Under the pieces are notes generated by a model. The model was not told where the DNA came from. It did not search any database and was given only the letters and a program-made list of their open reading frames with translations. 64,000 nt of DNA from Myxococcota bacterium (GTDB lineage: Bacteria > Myxococcota > JACRCW01): NCBI GenBank assembly GCA_040752415.1, contig JBFMGU010000011.1:1-64000 (forward strand), read 5' to 3'. Of this stretch, positions 18,757 through 29,691 are shown piece by piece. How positions within the stretch are numbered: position 1 is the stretch's first letter; each line of letters begins with the position of its first letter. The position numbers and the translations under genes are program-made.

Positions 18757-19443
18757 TCACTTCGGCTTGAGCACGAGGAAGTACTGGTACGCCAGGAACG
18801 TGTGTTCCACGTCGAGCACAAGGCCCGCGGCACTCGCGCGCGCCAGGAAGTCCTCGCGCGCCACCAGGTGGTCCTGGGGCGGCCCCACCGGCAGCTCCTT
18901 CTTGTGGAAGTCGATGTTCACGACCTTCCCGCCGGGCTTGAGCGCCCCACGCAGCTTCCGCAGGTACGCCACTCCGTCGGGGAAGTGGTGGAACGTGTCC
19001 ACAACCAGGATGACGTCGCAGCTCGCCGCGGGGAGCAGCGGGTCATCCGGCAACGCCAGCACCGGCGTAACGTTCCGCGCGTTCGCCTCGGAGATGCGCT
19101 TGAGCAACGTCTCCAGCATGCGCGGCTCCACGTCCACCGCGTAGACCTGTCCGCCGCTCCCCACCGCGCGCGCCAGCCGCAGGGAGAAGTACCCCGGTCC
19201 CGCGCCCACGTCGCACGCGGTCTGTCCCGGCTTCAATCCCAGCGCACGCACCACCTCGTCGGGCTTCTGCCATTCCGCGCGGGTGGGCTCCTCCTGGTGC
19301 GCAATGTACGCATCCATGTCCGCCGGGTTCCCGTGCGTGCCATGCGCGGGTTTCCCGTCGTGACCATGCTGCTTGTGTCCGTGGTGGGCTGCTTCCGGGG
19401 GCGCCAGGCCCAACAGAATCGCGCTCAAGACCAGGCTCCTCAT
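18757..19443 (-). CDS. Class I SAM-dependent methyltransferase with signal peptide and His-rich N-terminus
   Basis: DVGAGPGYF, VYAVDV and LKPGG motifs; hydrophobic leader followed by HHGHKQHGH. Confidence 0.88.
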   Translation of the reverse strand: MRSLVLSAILLGLAPPEAAHHGHKQHGHDGKPAHGTHGNPADMDAYIAHQEEPTRAEWQKPDEVVRALGLKPGQTACDVGAGPGYFSLRLARAVGSGGQVYAVDVEPRMLETLLKRISEANARNVTPVLALPDDPLLPAASCDVILVVDTFHHFPDGVAYLRKLRGALKPGGKVVNIDFHKKELPVGPPQDHLVAREDFLARASAAGLVLDVEHTFLAYQYFLVLKPK

Positions 19444-19449
19444 CTCTGC

Positions 19450-20154
19450 TCAACGACGCGGCGTGGCGGTCATTCCCTCCGTCCCCGGCCGCATCGTGGG
19501 ACGGACGGTGATGGTCGGCGCGCTCACGTTCGGCCGCGGCACGCTGACGGAAGGGGTCGCCACTGTCGTCGTGGCGCGGGGCGCGGCGGTGGTATTCACG
19601 GGTTGCGCGTGCGCCGCACCGGTGCTCAGCGTGGTCTGCACGCCGGTGGTGATGGTGGCGCTGGCGGTGACGGGAATCTGCGAGGGATCCAGCGCGCGCA
19701 TCCGCTCCAGCGCGGTGAGGATGGACAGCCGCAGCTGGGGTGGCGCCGGGTGGATGCGGATGGGCTCCACCTCCGCGTGCACCAGGCCCAGGTCCATCCA
19801 CGGCATCTCCGTCGCCGCCACGTCGAGTCCGCACGCCGAGGTCACGCCCATCCCCAGGAACAGCTCCAGCTTGAGTCCGAGGCGGAGCAGCGGCCGCAAC
19901 GGCGCGAGCGGCGAGAAACGCACACTGGCGGCGGGCAGCACCGCGGTGGGCGCGCGCAGCGTGAAGCCCAGCTTGGACGCGGGCGCCTGCACGCGGAAGG
20001 TCCCCGCGTCGGCCTCCACGCTCAGCTCCAGCAGGGAGATGGTCCGGGAGATTCCCACCGCCGCCGACGCCATCCCGTGCGTGCAGGCCGGCACCTCACC
20101 CACGCGCGGCGAGAGGGCGGCCAGGGACATGCTGAGAAGCAGGGCGGTCTGCAT
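19450..20154 (-). CDS. Hypothetical secreted protein with Thr/Pro-rich tail
   Basis: Signal-like N-terminus; fills the gap directly upstream of the MTase gene on the same strand. Confidence 0.5.
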   Translation of the reverse strand: MQTALLLSMSLAALSPRVGEVPACTHGMASAAVGISRTISLLELSVEADAGTFRVQAPASKLGFTLRAPTAVLPAASVRFSPLAPLRPLLRLGLKLELFLGMGVTSACGLDVAATEMPWMDLGLVHAEVEPIRIHPAPPQLRLSILTALERMRALDPSQIPVTASATITTGVQTTLSTGAAHAQPVNTTAAPRATTTVATPSVSVPRPNVSAPTITVRPTMRPGTEGMTATPRR

Positions 20155-20251
20155 GCGGGGCTCCGTTCCGTCGGGGAAGCGTTGTAGCAGGCCGCCCCGC
20201 GGACGGGAACAAGCTTGCACCGGGGCATGTTTCCTGCTCCGACGGAAAGAC

Positions 20252-21250
20252 ATGCGCACCATGAAGGCCATGCAGTTCTGGAAGGTGGGTGAGCCGCTGC
20301 GCGAGGTGGACCTCCCCCTTCCGCGCCCCGGCACGGGCCAGGTGCGGCTGCGCGTGTTGGCGTGCGCGGTGTGTCGCACCGACCTGCACCTCGTGGACGG
20401 TGAGCTGCCCGACCCGGTCATCCCGGTGATTCCCGGTCACCAGGTGGTGGGCGTGGTGGAGGCGCTGGGGGAGGGCGCCACGCGACATCGTCTCGGCGAG
20501 CTCGTGGGCGTGCCGTGGCTGGGCTGGAGCTGCGGCGCGTGTCGCTACTGCTGGCGACAGGAGGAGAACCTGTGTGACCGCGCGCGCTTCACCGGTTGTC
20601 ACCTGGACGGCGGCTACGCCGAGCACGCGGTGGCCGACGAGCGCTTCTGCATCCCCCTGCCCGCGAGCCTGCCGCACGAGCAGCTGGCGCCGCTGTTGTG
20701 CGCCGGGCTCATCGGCTTCCGCGCGTACCGCATGGTCGGTGACGTCGAGACGCTGGGGTTCTACGGCTTTGGCTCGGCGGCGCACCTCCTGGCGCAGCTG
20801 GCGCGCGCGCAGGGACGACGCGTGCTGGCCTTCACCCGTCCCGGCGACACCACCGCGCAACAGCTGGCGCTCTCCCTGGGCGCCGTGTGGGCCGGCTCCT
20901 CCGACGAGAAACCGCCCGAGGAACTGGACGGGGCGATCATCTTCGCTGCCGCGGGGGAGCTGGTCCCCACGGCGCTGCGGGCGGTGCGCAAGGGCGGCAC
21001 GGTGGTGTGCGCGGGCATCCACATGAGCGACATCCCCTCCTTCCCCTACGCCATCCTCTGGGGTGAGCGGTGCGTGCGCAGCGTGGCCAACCTCACGCGT
21101 GACGACGGAGAACGCTTCTTCCAGCAGATTGCCCGCACGCCGGTGCACGCGGAGGTGCAGACCTATCCGCTCGCCGCGGCCAACCAGGCGCTGGCGGATC
21201 TGCGCGCGGGCAAGGTGCGCGGCACCGCGGTGCTGCAGGTGGTGCGCTGA
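20252..21250 (+). CDS. Zinc-dependent alcohol dehydrogenase family protein
   Basis: VCRTDLH, PGHQ, CGACRYC...C structural zinc site, APLLCAG and GFGS. Confidence 0.93.
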   Translation: MRTMKAMQFWKVGEPLREVDLPLPRPGTGQVRLRVLACAVCRTDLHLVDGELPDPVIPVIPGHQVVGVVEALGEGATRHRLGELVGVPWLGWSCGACRYCWRQEENLCDRARFTGCHLDGGYAEHAVADERFCIPLPASLPHEQLAPLLCAGLIGFRAYRMVGDVETLGFYGFGSAAHLLAQLARAQGRRVLAFTRPGDTTAQQLALSLGAVWAGSSDEKPPEELDGAIIFAAAGELVPTALRAVRKGGTVVCAGIHMSDIPSFPYAILWGERCVRSVANLTRDDGERFFQQIARTPVHAEVQTYPLAAANQALADLRAGKVRGTAVLQVVR

Positions 21251-21275
21251 GCCCATCCGTCCACCGGGCTCGGGA

Positions 21276-21504
21276 ACGTCGTGAGCGGACCACAACCTGG
21301 AGTGCGGCGGGCCCTCGCCGCCCTGGTCAGCGCCGCGCGGCTCCCTGCACCCGTCAAGGGTCCACCCTCCCGGAGACGCGGTCGCGCATCCACCGGCGCG
21401 GTGACGCTCGGGGTCGTTGCACCAGATCCCGTCGGGGACGCCCGCGACGCTGGCCCGGGCGGTGACAGGCCGCCGCACTCCAGGTCGTGGCCCGCTCACG
21501 ACGT
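21276..21504. repeat. Intergenic element with 62-bp imperfect terminal inverted repeats (MITE/REPIN-like or structured RNA)
   Basis: 21276-21337 pairs with 21443-21504 at about 53 of 62 Watson-Crick positions (hand count); lies between convergent genes. Confidence 0.8.
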
Positions 21505-21536
21505 CAAAAACCCGGTCGCGCAGCTGGTCCTGACGC

Positions 21537-21995
21537 TCATCCCCGTCGGGGAACGCCGCTCCCGTACAGCACCCGCGCCCGACCCTCCATGGGCAGCGCC
21601 GCCTCCTCCACCGTCGTGAAACCGGAGGCGCGCGCCAGCTCCGCCAGGTGCCGCATCCACGGCTTGTAGGACATGCTGTTGTCCGAGCAGCACGGCACCA
21701 CCGCAAAGGGAATCCCGTGCGCCGCGGCGTACTCGACGATGATGCGCGTGGCCCCGTCGGGGTGCATGCCCACCACCAGCTCGCAGTGGCACGGCTCCGC
21801 CAGCGTGAAGGGCCGTTCGGCAAAGGTCACGTCCAGGTGCTTGTGGCGCTGGTCGAACGTGGTGACCTGCCGGCCCAACCGCGTGAGCGCCTCGTTGAGC
21901 CGGCCCATCCCGCCCGCCACGTCGTAGATGCGCGGGGCGTCAAAGCGCTCCACCAGGAACCGCGCAAACAGGTCAAAGCGCCGCTTGTCCGCCAT
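21537..21995 (-). CDS. Small SAM-methyltransferase-like protein
   Basis: YDVAGGMG (motif I-like), GMHPDGAT and FAVVPCC; GC3-rich codons. Confidence 0.7.
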   Translation of the reverse strand: MADKRRFDLFARFLVERFDAPRIYDVAGGMGRLNEALTRLGRQVTTFDQRHKHLDVTFAERPFTLAEPCHCELVVGMHPDGATRIIVEYAAAHGIPFAVVPCCSDNSMSYKPWMRHLAELARASGFTTVEEAALPMEGRARVLYGSGVPRRG

Positions 21996-22206
21996 GCCCG
22001 CGCCAGGATGGCGGCCCCGCGCGCGCCCTGTCAAAGCGCCGCACAAGCTGCGGGGTGGGCGCAAGCCTGGCGCAATGGTCCACGGCCAGGGTTGCGTGTC
22101 GTCGGGAGCGGACCGTGGCATGGCCACTGCACCCGCGCCGGTCCCCGCGGCGCGCAACCGCTATCCCTCCGTGAGATGGCCGCGCCGCACGGTCAAGGAG
22201 GAGCCC

Positions 22207-22710
22207 ATGACAACGGCAGGTGAGCTGTGCACGCGCGAGGTGACGGTGATGGATCTGGATGAGCCGCTGATGGCCGCGGCGGAGCTCATGCGCAACCAGC
22301 ACGTGGGCACGGTGGTGGTGGTGCAGCAGCGGGACGGCGTGCGCGTGCCGGTGGGGATCGTGACCGACCGGGACATCGTCGTGGGGGTGCTGGCCACCAC
22401 GCCGGAGAAGGCCGCGCTGCTCACCATGGCCGACGTGCTGGCCACCCCCCTGGTCACCGCGCGCGCGAGCGACGACGTGCTGGACGTGGTGCGCCGCATG
22501 CGCGCCCACGGCGTCCGCCGCATGCCGGTGGTCAACGCCCAGGGCACGCTGGAAGGCATCCTGACCCTGGATGACGTGGTGGACCTGCTCTCCGAGCTGG
22601 CGCGTGAGCTCAGCGCCATCATCAAGGTGGAGCAGGACAATGAGCGACGCACCCGCACCCCGCCCCGCCCGGGCGCGGGCGCCAGCGGCGCGTCGCGCGA
22701 GCTCTCCTGA
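22207..22710 (+). CDS. CBS domain pair protein
   Basis: GIVTDRDIV and HGVRRMPVV...GILTLDD; AGGAG RBS. Confidence 0.9.
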   Translation: MTTAGELCTREVTVMDLDEPLMAAAELMRNQHVGTVVVVQQRDGVRVPVGIVTDRDIVVGVLATTPEKAALLTMADVLATPLVTARASDDVLDVVRRMRAHGVRRMPVVNAQGTLEGILTLDDVVDLLSELARELSAIIKVEQDNERRTRTPPRPGAGASGASRELS

Positions 22711-22716
22711 GGTCCT

Positions 22717-24039
22717 TCAGGCGGCGGGCAGGGAGAACGAGAAGGTGGCGCCCGCCTGGGGCTCGCTCTCCGCCCAGATGCGCCCACCGTGCTTCTCCAC
22801 CAGCGCCTTGGCAATGGACAGCCCCAGGCCGCTGCCGGTGGCCTGCACGCCCGGCGCGCGCCACCACCGCTCGAACACGTGGGGCAGGTCGGCGGCGGAG
22901 ATGCCCGGGCCGCGGTCGCGCACGGAGAACACCACCTCCGTGCCCCGGTCCTCCGCCCACACCTCCACCACGCTGCCCTCCGGGCAGAACTTCAACGCGT
23001 TGCCCAGCAGGTTGGCGAGCACCTGCAGCAGGCGCACGTCGTCACCGGTCACGGTGAGGTCCGCGGGCACGGCGGCCTTCAGCTGGATCCTGCGCGTGGC
23101 CGCCACCGGCTCCAGCATCTCCACCGCGCGCTGCACCAGCGACCCGGCGGAGTGACGCGCCAGCTTGAGGGTCACCCGCCCCCCGTCAATGGCGCGCGCG
23201 CTCAGGATGTCCCCCACCAGCTGCTCCATCCACGCGCCCGTCCACTGGATCTCGCTCACCGCGCGCTTGCACGCCGTGACGTCGCCGCGGTCCAGCAGGC
23301 GTCGCTGCAGCATGTCCGCGCGGAGCAGCACCGTGGTGATGGCGTTGCGCAGGTCATGGCTCAGCGTGCTCAGCACCTCCTCCCGCCGCCGCGCGTCCTG
23401 CTCCCGCGCCTGCCACGCCCGCACCCCCTCCCAGCCCGCTTCCACCTGCGCCACAAAGGCGTCCACCACCTCCATGTCCGCGTAGGCGAACCCCAGGCTC
23501 AGCACCGCCAGGGTCTGCAGGCCGGAGGAGAGGGGGAGCACCAGGCCCACGGGGGCGTCGTGCTCGTCGGTGAGGACGCGGCGGGTGCCGTTGTGGGCCA
23601 CCTCCGTCACCAGCTCCTCGCTCCAGGCGGGGACCAGCGCGGCCGGACCCGCGTCCTCCAGCCGTTTGGCCAGCGCGGGAGTGGCCGTGGCCGCCGCGGC
23701 CAGGCGCGGTTGCCCCAGCTCCACCACGTGGACCAGCGCGCATTCCGCCAGGGAGTGGGACGCCAGGCGCGCCACCTCCTGCGCCAGCGCCTCCTCGGTC
23801 CGACACGCCCACAAGGCCCGCGCGCTCTCCCCCAGCACCCGCGCCAGCCCGGCCCGACCCTGACCCCGCGTGTCCGGCCCGTTGGGAGCGGCATGCTCCC
23901 GGTGGGCGCGCGTGGCGGTGGCCCCCATCTTGCGCCACGCGTTCAGCAGCTTGAAGACTTCACTATGCCACGCGGGATTCTCCGGCGTGGCCGCATCTGC
24001 AGGTGTCACTCCACCCCAGTGCCTGATGATTTCCAACAT
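22717..24039 (-). CDS. Sensor histidine kinase (GAF-like + HisKA + HATPase)
   Basis: SHDLRN H-box, NLLGNALKF, DRGPG and GSGLGL; start uncertain. Confidence 0.9.
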   Translation of the reverse strand: MLEIIRHWGGVTPADAATPENPAWHSEVFKLLNAWRKMGATATRAHREHAAPNGPDTRGQGRAGLARVLGESARALWACRTEEALAQEVARLASHSLAECALVHVVELGQPRLAAAATATPALAKRLEDAGPAALVPAWSEELVTEVAHNGTRRVLTDEHDAPVGLVLPLSSGLQTLAVLSLGFAYADMEVVDAFVAQVEAGWEGVRAWQAREQDARRREEVLSTLSHDLRNAITTVLLRADMLQRRLLDRGDVTACKRAVSEIQWTGAWMEQLVGDILSARAIDGGRVTLKLARHSAGSLVQRAVEMLEPVAATRRIQLKAAVPADLTVTGDDVRLLQVLANLLGNALKFCPEGSVVEVWAEDRGTEVVFSVRDRGPGISAADLPHVFERWWRAPGVQATGSGLGLSIAKALVEKHGGRIWAESEPQAGATFSFSLPAA

Positions 24040-24415
24040 CCTTGCCCCCCAAGGTGTGGATGGTTGTTCGGGCTGGAGCCCCCCTCCAGCACGACGTCAG
24101 AGCCGTTTGTCCCGTACCTTCCCCCAGCTTGCGCAACGTGTTGCACCAAACCTGCGCATCACGCTCTTTGTGATCCCGTGTTCACGGCAAGTCAAGCGGA
24201 TTCACCCTTCGGTGGAGCGCGCCTTCGTGCCGCTTATCCGCACTTCAAGTTCTGCTTCATCCTCGTCGTGAAGCGGGGCTGCACGGCGCGTGGGAGATGC
24301 CCGTGATTACGCGGTGTTGATCGCGCCGGCCTGGTGGCGAGGCGCGGCTCCCGTTACCACCCGCGGCTGTCACTTCGGGTCTTCACCGGCGGTCACCGGG
24401 GGCGCGGAGGGCATC

Positions 24416-25258
24416 ATGGTTGCGGAGCCGCGGAGCGGTCTGGCGTGGAGCGTGGCGCTGGTGGCCTGGGCGTGTCGTCCGGAGGTGCACCCGCTGCCCG
24501 CGTCCAACCTGGATACCGGGGTGCTGCTGGAGGCGGTGGTGGCGTCGGGGGGACGGGATGTGCGGGCGGTGCGCTACGAGGTGCGCGCCCAGCCCTGTGC
24601 GGACGAGCCGGCGGATCCGTGGTCATCCTCCACCCTGGTCCCTGCCGAGGGTGCGCCACCCCGCTTCCCCGCGCGTTTCCTGGCCACGCCAGCGGGTTGC
24701 CACCAGGTCCAGGCGGTCCCCCTGGACGGGTTGGGCGGGCCCGCGCCGGATTGCGGCCGCGCCACGGTGGATCCGGTGGTGGTGCGCCAGGACGACACCA
24801 CGCGTGTCACCATCCCGCTGGCCTGTGACGACGTCACCGCGCCCGGAGCCAGCGGCGGATCCCCGGGTTCGGATCCCGGCGCGGGGGAGTCGGGGAGCTG
24901 CGGGCCGGATCGGACCGCGCCGCACATCCAGCGTCTGGCGGCGGATCCGGAGGAGGTGCGGGAGTCAAGACAGCGCCGGATGCGTGAGGTGGAGGTGGAC
25001 GCCCGCGCCCGCGACGCCTGTGACGAGGACGACGCGCTCCGCTGCTACGTGAGCGACCTGACCGGCGGCGGGGAGGACGACCGCGAGATTGTGGACGCGC
25101 TGCGCGTGCGGGTGCGCGCGGAGGATCCGGGCCGGCGCTACCGCGTGGAAGTCACGTGCGCGGATGAGGCGGGGAACGCGGCGCGCGCGGAGGTGGCGGT
25201 GACCGTGGTGCAGCATCCCGGCCACGGGGACGAGGATTCCGACGAAGGCGGCGACTGA
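24416..25258 (+). CDS. Hypothetical exported/lipoprotein with Ig-like C-terminal region
   Basis: VALVAWAC leader; DRTAP...DEAGN Ig-like motif. Confidence 0.55.
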   Translation: MVAEPRSGLAWSVALVAWACRPEVHPLPASNLDTGVLLEAVVASGGRDVRAVRYEVRAQPCADEPADPWSSSTLVPAEGAPPRFPARFLATPAGCHQVQAVPLDGLGGPAPDCGRATVDPVVVRQDDTTRVTIPLACDDVTAPGASGGSPGSDPGAGESGSCGPDRTAPHIQRLAADPEEVRESRQRRMREVEVDARARDACDEDDALRCYVSDLTGGGEDDREIVDALRVRVRAEDPGRRYRVEVTCADEAGNAARAEVAVTVVQHPGHGDEDSDEGGD

Positions 25259-25264
25259 CGGGGG

Positions 25265-26815
25265 TCAGTTCAGCGGCCGGGCCACCACGCGCGGGGCCAG
25301 GCGGGCAATCTCGGCGTCGTCGGGGAGCGCGCTGTTCTGGGCGCGGCCCATCCCGTCCGGGAACGGGAACACCAGCTCCCTGGGCTCCCCGGCAAAGGAC
25401 ACCTTCACCGCGGAGAGCGTGGGCGCGTCCTGCCCGTAGAGGGCCAGGTAGACCGCGCGCACCATGAAGGCGGCGGCCACCGTGTCCTCCTCGCGCGTCT
25501 TGCGACGCGGCTTGGGCAGATCCTGCAGCGACACCTCCAACCGCTCCCCGGTCTGCATCACCGCCACGCGGGCGCGGGAGTAGGCCTGGTAGGTGGGGAG
25601 CTGGCGGCCGCCCAGGGTGGCGCGGTCCTTCACCAGGGCCAGCATGATGGCCTTGCCCTCGGTCTCCAGGTCCACGCTGGCGTCGCGCAGGGCGCGGCGG
25701 TTGAGACGGTTGGCCTCCAGCAGGCTGGCCTCCGCGCACGCGGTCAGGGTGCGACGGTAGTCGGGCACCGAGGGGTCGCTCAGCAGCGCGCGCTCCGCGT
25801 AGGCGGCGCAGGCGCCGTGGCGCAGCTCCAGGGTCACGGTGGCCAGCGCGTGCAGCGTGGCGGCCCGGTCCTCCCGGCTCAGCCGATCCACACACGGGAG
25901 CGCGGTCTTCAGGTGCCCCTCGGCCTCGCTGAGGATCACCGGATCCAACGTGTCGCCGCGCTCCGCGGAGTAGATGAGCAGGCGGCCCAGCGCGGCGTGC
26001 AACGCCGGATCCTCCGGGGCGCGGCCCAGTGCCTCGTCCAGCAGCTGCTTCAAGGTCACCCGGCTCCCGGAGCCGCGGGCGTTGTTGACGTGGAGCGCGT
26101 AGCAGCGACCGTCATCCAGCTGGTTGCCCCGCACCACGTCCACGCAGGCCTCGAAGGCGCGCTCCGCCTCGGTGGTCTTGCCCAGGCGCACCGCCACCTC
26201 GAAAGCCGCGTAGCGCCACCCCAGCCCCTCCGGGCTGCGCTCGCGGGCGCGGGCCAGCGCGCTCTCCGCGCGACCGGAATCCCCCAGCCGCGCCGCCACC
26301 CGCGCCACGATGCCCAGGGCCTCGTCGTTGTCGGGCTCTTCCTTCAGCGCGGTCTCGGCCAGACCCACGGCCTCGTTCAGCTCTCCCTCGCGCAGTGCGG
26401 CTTCGGCCAGCTCCACCAGGGGGCTGGCGTCCACCACGCGGGCCTCGGATCCCACGCCACGCACGCTGTAGAGCCGCCGGTGCGCCCCGCGACCCTTGCC
26501 CACCGGGTAGCTCACCACCAGCCGCCCCGGTCCGCCCTGGCTCTCGGTGACGCGCGCGCTGGCCGGGTCGCGCGGGGGCGCGGCGGGACACACGCCTTCC
26601 ACCACGCTCTCGCGCTTGCGCTGGGCCAGGCGGGCCTTGGCGGATCCGTCGGTGAGCAGGGAGATCTGGCCCGGTGGATCCTGCACCAGGAAGCGACGCA
26701 GCACCTCCCGCACGTCCGGGCCGGGCTCGGATGCGCGTTCAGGCTCGGTGACGGCGGCGGCCAGCGTTGCCAGGCTCACCGCCCCCACCGCCCCCACCAC
26801 CCACGCCGACCTCAC
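25265..26815 (-). CDS. Exported TPR-repeat protein
   Basis: Signal-like N-terminus and several TPRs; GTGA overlap with the gyrA stop. Confidence 0.75.
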   Translation of the reverse strand: MRSAWVVGAVGAVSLATLAAAVTEPERASEPGPDVREVLRRFLVQDPPGQISLLTDGSAKARLAQRKRESVVEGVCPAAPPRDPASARVTESQGGPGRLVVSYPVGKGRGAHRRLYSVRGVGSEARVVDASPLVELAEAALREGELNEAVGLAETALKEEPDNDEALGIVARVAARLGDSGRAESALARARERSPEGLGWRYAAFEVAVRLGKTTEAERAFEACVDVVRGNQLDDGRCYALHVNNARGSGSRVTLKQLLDEALGRAPEDPALHAALGRLLIYSAERGDTLDPVILSEAEGHLKTALPCVDRLSREDRAATLHALATVTLELRHGACAAYAERALLSDPSVPDYRRTLTACAEASLLEANRLNRRALRDASVDLETEGKAIMLALVKDRATLGGRQLPTYQAYSRARVAVMQTGERLEVSLQDLPKPRRKTREEDTVAAAFMVRAVYLALYGQDAPTLSAVKVSFAGEPRELVFPFPDGMGRAQNSALPDDAEIARLAPRVVARPLN

Positions 26816-29529
26816 GCGCCGCCCTCGTCGGATCCGCCGGTGCCGTTGGTGCCGTGTCCGCCGTCGCCGGCCTCGGCATCCACGCCGTTGCCGGCCGTCT
26901 CGCCGTTGCCCGTGGTCTCCCCGGGCGGGGGCAGGCCGGCCATGCGCAGCTCCACGGTGGCCGGGTCGCTGTCCTCGCGCTCGGCCAGGCGGGCCACGCT
27001 CACCACGCGGTCACCTTCCTCCACCGCAATCAGGCGCACGCCCTGGGTGTTGCGGCCAATGAGGCTGATCTCGTCGGCGCGGGTGCGGATCAGGGTGCCG
27101 CCGCTGGTGACGATCATGACCTCGTCGCCGTCCTTGACCTGCACCAGGCCGGCCACCGGGCCGTTGCGGTCGGTGGTCTTGATGGTGATGAGGCCCTTCC
27201 CGCCGCGGTTCTGCCGCCGGTACTCCTCGATGGCGGTGCGCTTGCCGTAGCCGCGCTCGGTCACGGTCAGCACGGTGGCGTGGGCGTCCAACACCTCCAT
27301 GCCCACCACCTCGTCGCCGTCCACCAGCTCGACGCCGCGCACCCCCACCGCGGCCCGACCCATGGCCCGCACATCCGACTCATGGAACCGGATGGCCATG
27401 CCGTGGCGGGTGGCCAGGAGGATGTCGTTGTCGCCGCCGGTGACGTGGGCGGCAATGAGGCTGTCGCCCTCATCAATGCCGCAGGCAATCAGGCCGGACT
27501 GGCGCGGGTTGGAGTACTGCGTGAGGTCGGTCTTCTTCACCGTGCCCTTGCGGGAGCAGGTGATCACGAACTGCTTGCCTTCCTCCTCGGGGAACTTGCG
27601 CACCGGCAGGATGGCGCGCACGCGCTCACCCTCTTCCAACTGCACCAGGTTCACAATCGCCTTGCCCTTGGAGGCCGGGCCGCTCTCCGGCACCTCGTGG
27701 ACCTTGACCCAGTAGACCTTGCCCTTGTCGGTGAAGGTCAGCAGGTAGGCGTGGGTGGAGGCCACGAACAGGTCCTCCACGAAATCATCCTCTTTGGTGG
27801 CCGCCGCACCCTTGCCGCGCCCACCGCGACGCTGCGCGCGGTAGTTGGAGAGCGCGCTGCGCTTCACGTAGCCGGCGTGGGTGACGGTGACCACCATCTC
27901 CTCCTCGGCGATGAGGTCCTCCACCGAGAGGTCGTCCACGTCGGGCATGAGCTGGGTGCGACGCGGGTCCGCGAACCGGGTCCTGATGTCCTTCAGCTCG
28001 TCCTTGATGACGTTCATGAGCAGGACGGGGCTGGCCAGGATGGCGCGCAGGCGGGCAATCAGCTCCTGCACCTCCTTGGCCTCGGTGACCAGCTTGTCGC
28101 GCTCCAGGCCGGTGAGGCGGGAGAGCCGCATCTCCAGGATGGCTTTGACCTGCAGCTCGTTCATCTGGAAGAAGCCGCGCTGGATGGCGTGCACCACCTG
28201 CGGCACCTCCGCCTCCACGAACTGCGGGAGCTTGCCCAGGTTGCCGCTGAACTTCTCGGCCAGCAGGCGGTCGCGTGCCTCCTCGGGGTCCTTGCTGCTG
28301 CGGATGATGTCGATCACGCGGTCAATGTGGTCCACCGCGATGATGAGACCGAGCAACAGGTTGAAGCGCGCCTCCGCCTCATTGAGCTCGAAGCGCGTGC
28401 GCCGTCCCACCACCTCCCGACGGTGATTGACGAAGAAGGTGATGAGGTCGCGCAGCGGCAGCACCTTGGGCTGACCGCCCACGATGGCCAGGTTGATGAC
28501 GCCAAAGGTGGTCTGCAGCGGGGTGTGCTTGTAGAGCTGGTTGAGCACCACCTCGCCAATGGCGTCGCGCTTGAGGTCAATGGCGATGCGCATGCCGTCG
28601 CGGTCGGACTCGTCGCGGATGTCGCTGATGCCTTCCAGCTTCTTGTCCCGCACCAGCTCGGCCATGCGCTCAATGAGCTTGGCCTTGTTCACCTGGTAGG
28701 GAATCTCGTCGATGATGATCTGGCTGCGGCCCTTCTCCCGCTCCTCCACGCGCGCCTTGCCGCGGATCTTCAGCATGCCGCGACCGGTGGAGTACGCGTC
28801 GTACACGCCGGCGCTGCCGCACAGGTAGCCGCCGGTGGGGAAGTCCGGGCCGGGCATGAGCTGCATCAGCTCCCGCACGGTGATGTCCGGCTTCTCGATG
28901 ACGGCCAGGATGGCGTCGATGACCTCCCCCAGGTTGTGGGGCGGCATCTTGGTGGCCATGCCCACGGCAATGCCTTCACTGCCGTTGACCAGCAGGTTGG
29001 GCACCTTGGAGGGGAGCACCGAGGGCTCGTGGGTGGTCTCGTCGAAATTCGCGACCATGTCCACGGTTTCCTTCTCGATGTCGGCGAGCAGCTCCTCGGC
29101 CAGCTTGGTGAGCCGGCTCTCGGTGTAGCGGTAGGCCGCGGCGGGGTCTCCGTCGACGGAGCCGAAGTTCCCCTGGCCGTCAATCAGCGTGTAGCGGACG
29201 TTCCACTCCTGCGCGAGACGCACCATGGCGTCGTAGACGGCGGAGTCACCGTGGGGGTGGTACTTCTTGAGCACCTCACCCACCACGCCGGCGCACTTGC
29301 TGTACTTGCGGTTGCTGAGCAGCCCCTCGTCGTACATCGCGTACAGGATGCGACGGTGCACCGGCTTGAGTCCGTCGCGCACGTCGGGCAGGGCGCGCCC
29401 GATGATGACGGACATGGAGTAGTCCAGGTAGCTGCGCCGCATCTCGTCGTCCATGGGGACGGGCTGGGCGGGACGCGCGGCGGGGGCACCGGGAGGCGGG
29501 TTGTTCGGCGGATTGAGTTCGTCGGTCAT
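26812..29529 (-). CDS. gyrA: DNA gyrase subunit A
   Basis: [15 protein letters not shown], catalytic RYTE, GyrA-box QRRGGRG, beta-pinwheel repeats. Confidence 0.98.
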   Translation of the reverse strand: MTDELNPPNNPPPGAPAARPAQPVPMDDEMRRSYLDYSMSVIIGRALPDVRDGLKPVHRRILYAMYDEGLLSNRKYSKCAGVVGEVLKKYHPHGDSAVYDAMVRLAQEWNVRYTLIDGQGNFGSVDGDPAAAYRYTESRLTKLAEELLADIEKETVDMVANFDETTHEPSVLPSKVPNLLVNGSEGIAVGMATKMPPHNLGEVIDAILAVIEKPDITVRELMQLMPGPDFPTGGYLCGSAGVYDAYSTGRGMLKIRGKARVEEREKGRSQIIIDEIPYQVNKAKLIERMAELVRDKKLEGISDIRDESDRDGMRIAIDLKRDAIGEVVLNQLYKHTPLQTTFGVINLAIVGGQPKVLPLRDLITFFVNHRREVVGRRTRFELNEAEARFNLLLGLIIAVDHIDRVIDIIRSSKDPEEARDRLLAEKFSGNLGKLPQFVEAEVPQVVHAIQRGFFQMNELQVKAILEMRLSRLTGLERDKLVTEAKEVQELIARLRAILASPVLLMNVIKDELKDIRTRFADPRRTQLMPDVDDLSVEDLIAEEEMVVTVTHAGYVKRSALSNYRAQRRGGRGKGAAATKEDDFVEDLFVASTHAYLLTFTDKGKVYWVKVHEVPESGPASKGKAIVNLVQLEEGERVRAILPVRKFPEEEGKQFVITCSRKGTVKKTDLTQYSNPRQSGLIACGIDEGDSLIAAHVTGGDNDILLATRHGMAIRFHESDVRAMGRAAVGVRGVELVDGDEVVGMEVLDAHATVLTVTERGYGKRTAIEEYRRQNRGGKGLITIKTTDRNGPVAGLVQVKDGDEVMIVTSGGTLIRTRADEISLIGRNTQGVRLIAVEEGDRVVSVARLAEREDSDPATVELRMAGLPPPGETTGNGETAGNGVDAEAGDGGHGTNGTGGSDEGGA

Positions 29530-29604
29530 GGGGTGCTTCTGGGGGGCCGGTCACGACGTCAAAGCGCAACCGGACGCGGTGTTTCCGTTCAACAGGGAAT
29601 GAGC

Positions 29605-29633
29605 GTCATAGGGGGCGCGGTGCCCCGCGTCAA
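29605..29633 (-). promoter_or_regulatory. Candidate sigma70 promoter of gyrA
   Basis: Minus strand reads TTGACG-N17-TATGAC, about 75 bp upstream of the ATG. Confidence 0.6.
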
Positions 29634-29661
29634 CGAGATTCGACGCGCCACCACCTGGGTG

Positions 29662-29674
29662 TAAATTGTTGAAA
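29662..29674 (-). promoter_or_regulatory. Candidate IHF site in an AT-rich patch upstream of the gyrA promoter
   Basis: TTTCAA-CAAT-TTA versus consensus WATCAA-N4-TTR (1 mismatch). Confidence 0.4.
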
Positions 29675-29691
29675 TTGTTTAGGTTTTTTGA

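Noticed and set aside
21276..21504. Retron msr-msd or intrinsic terminator
   Set aside because: No reverse transcriptase in the window; no U-tract follows the stem on either strand.
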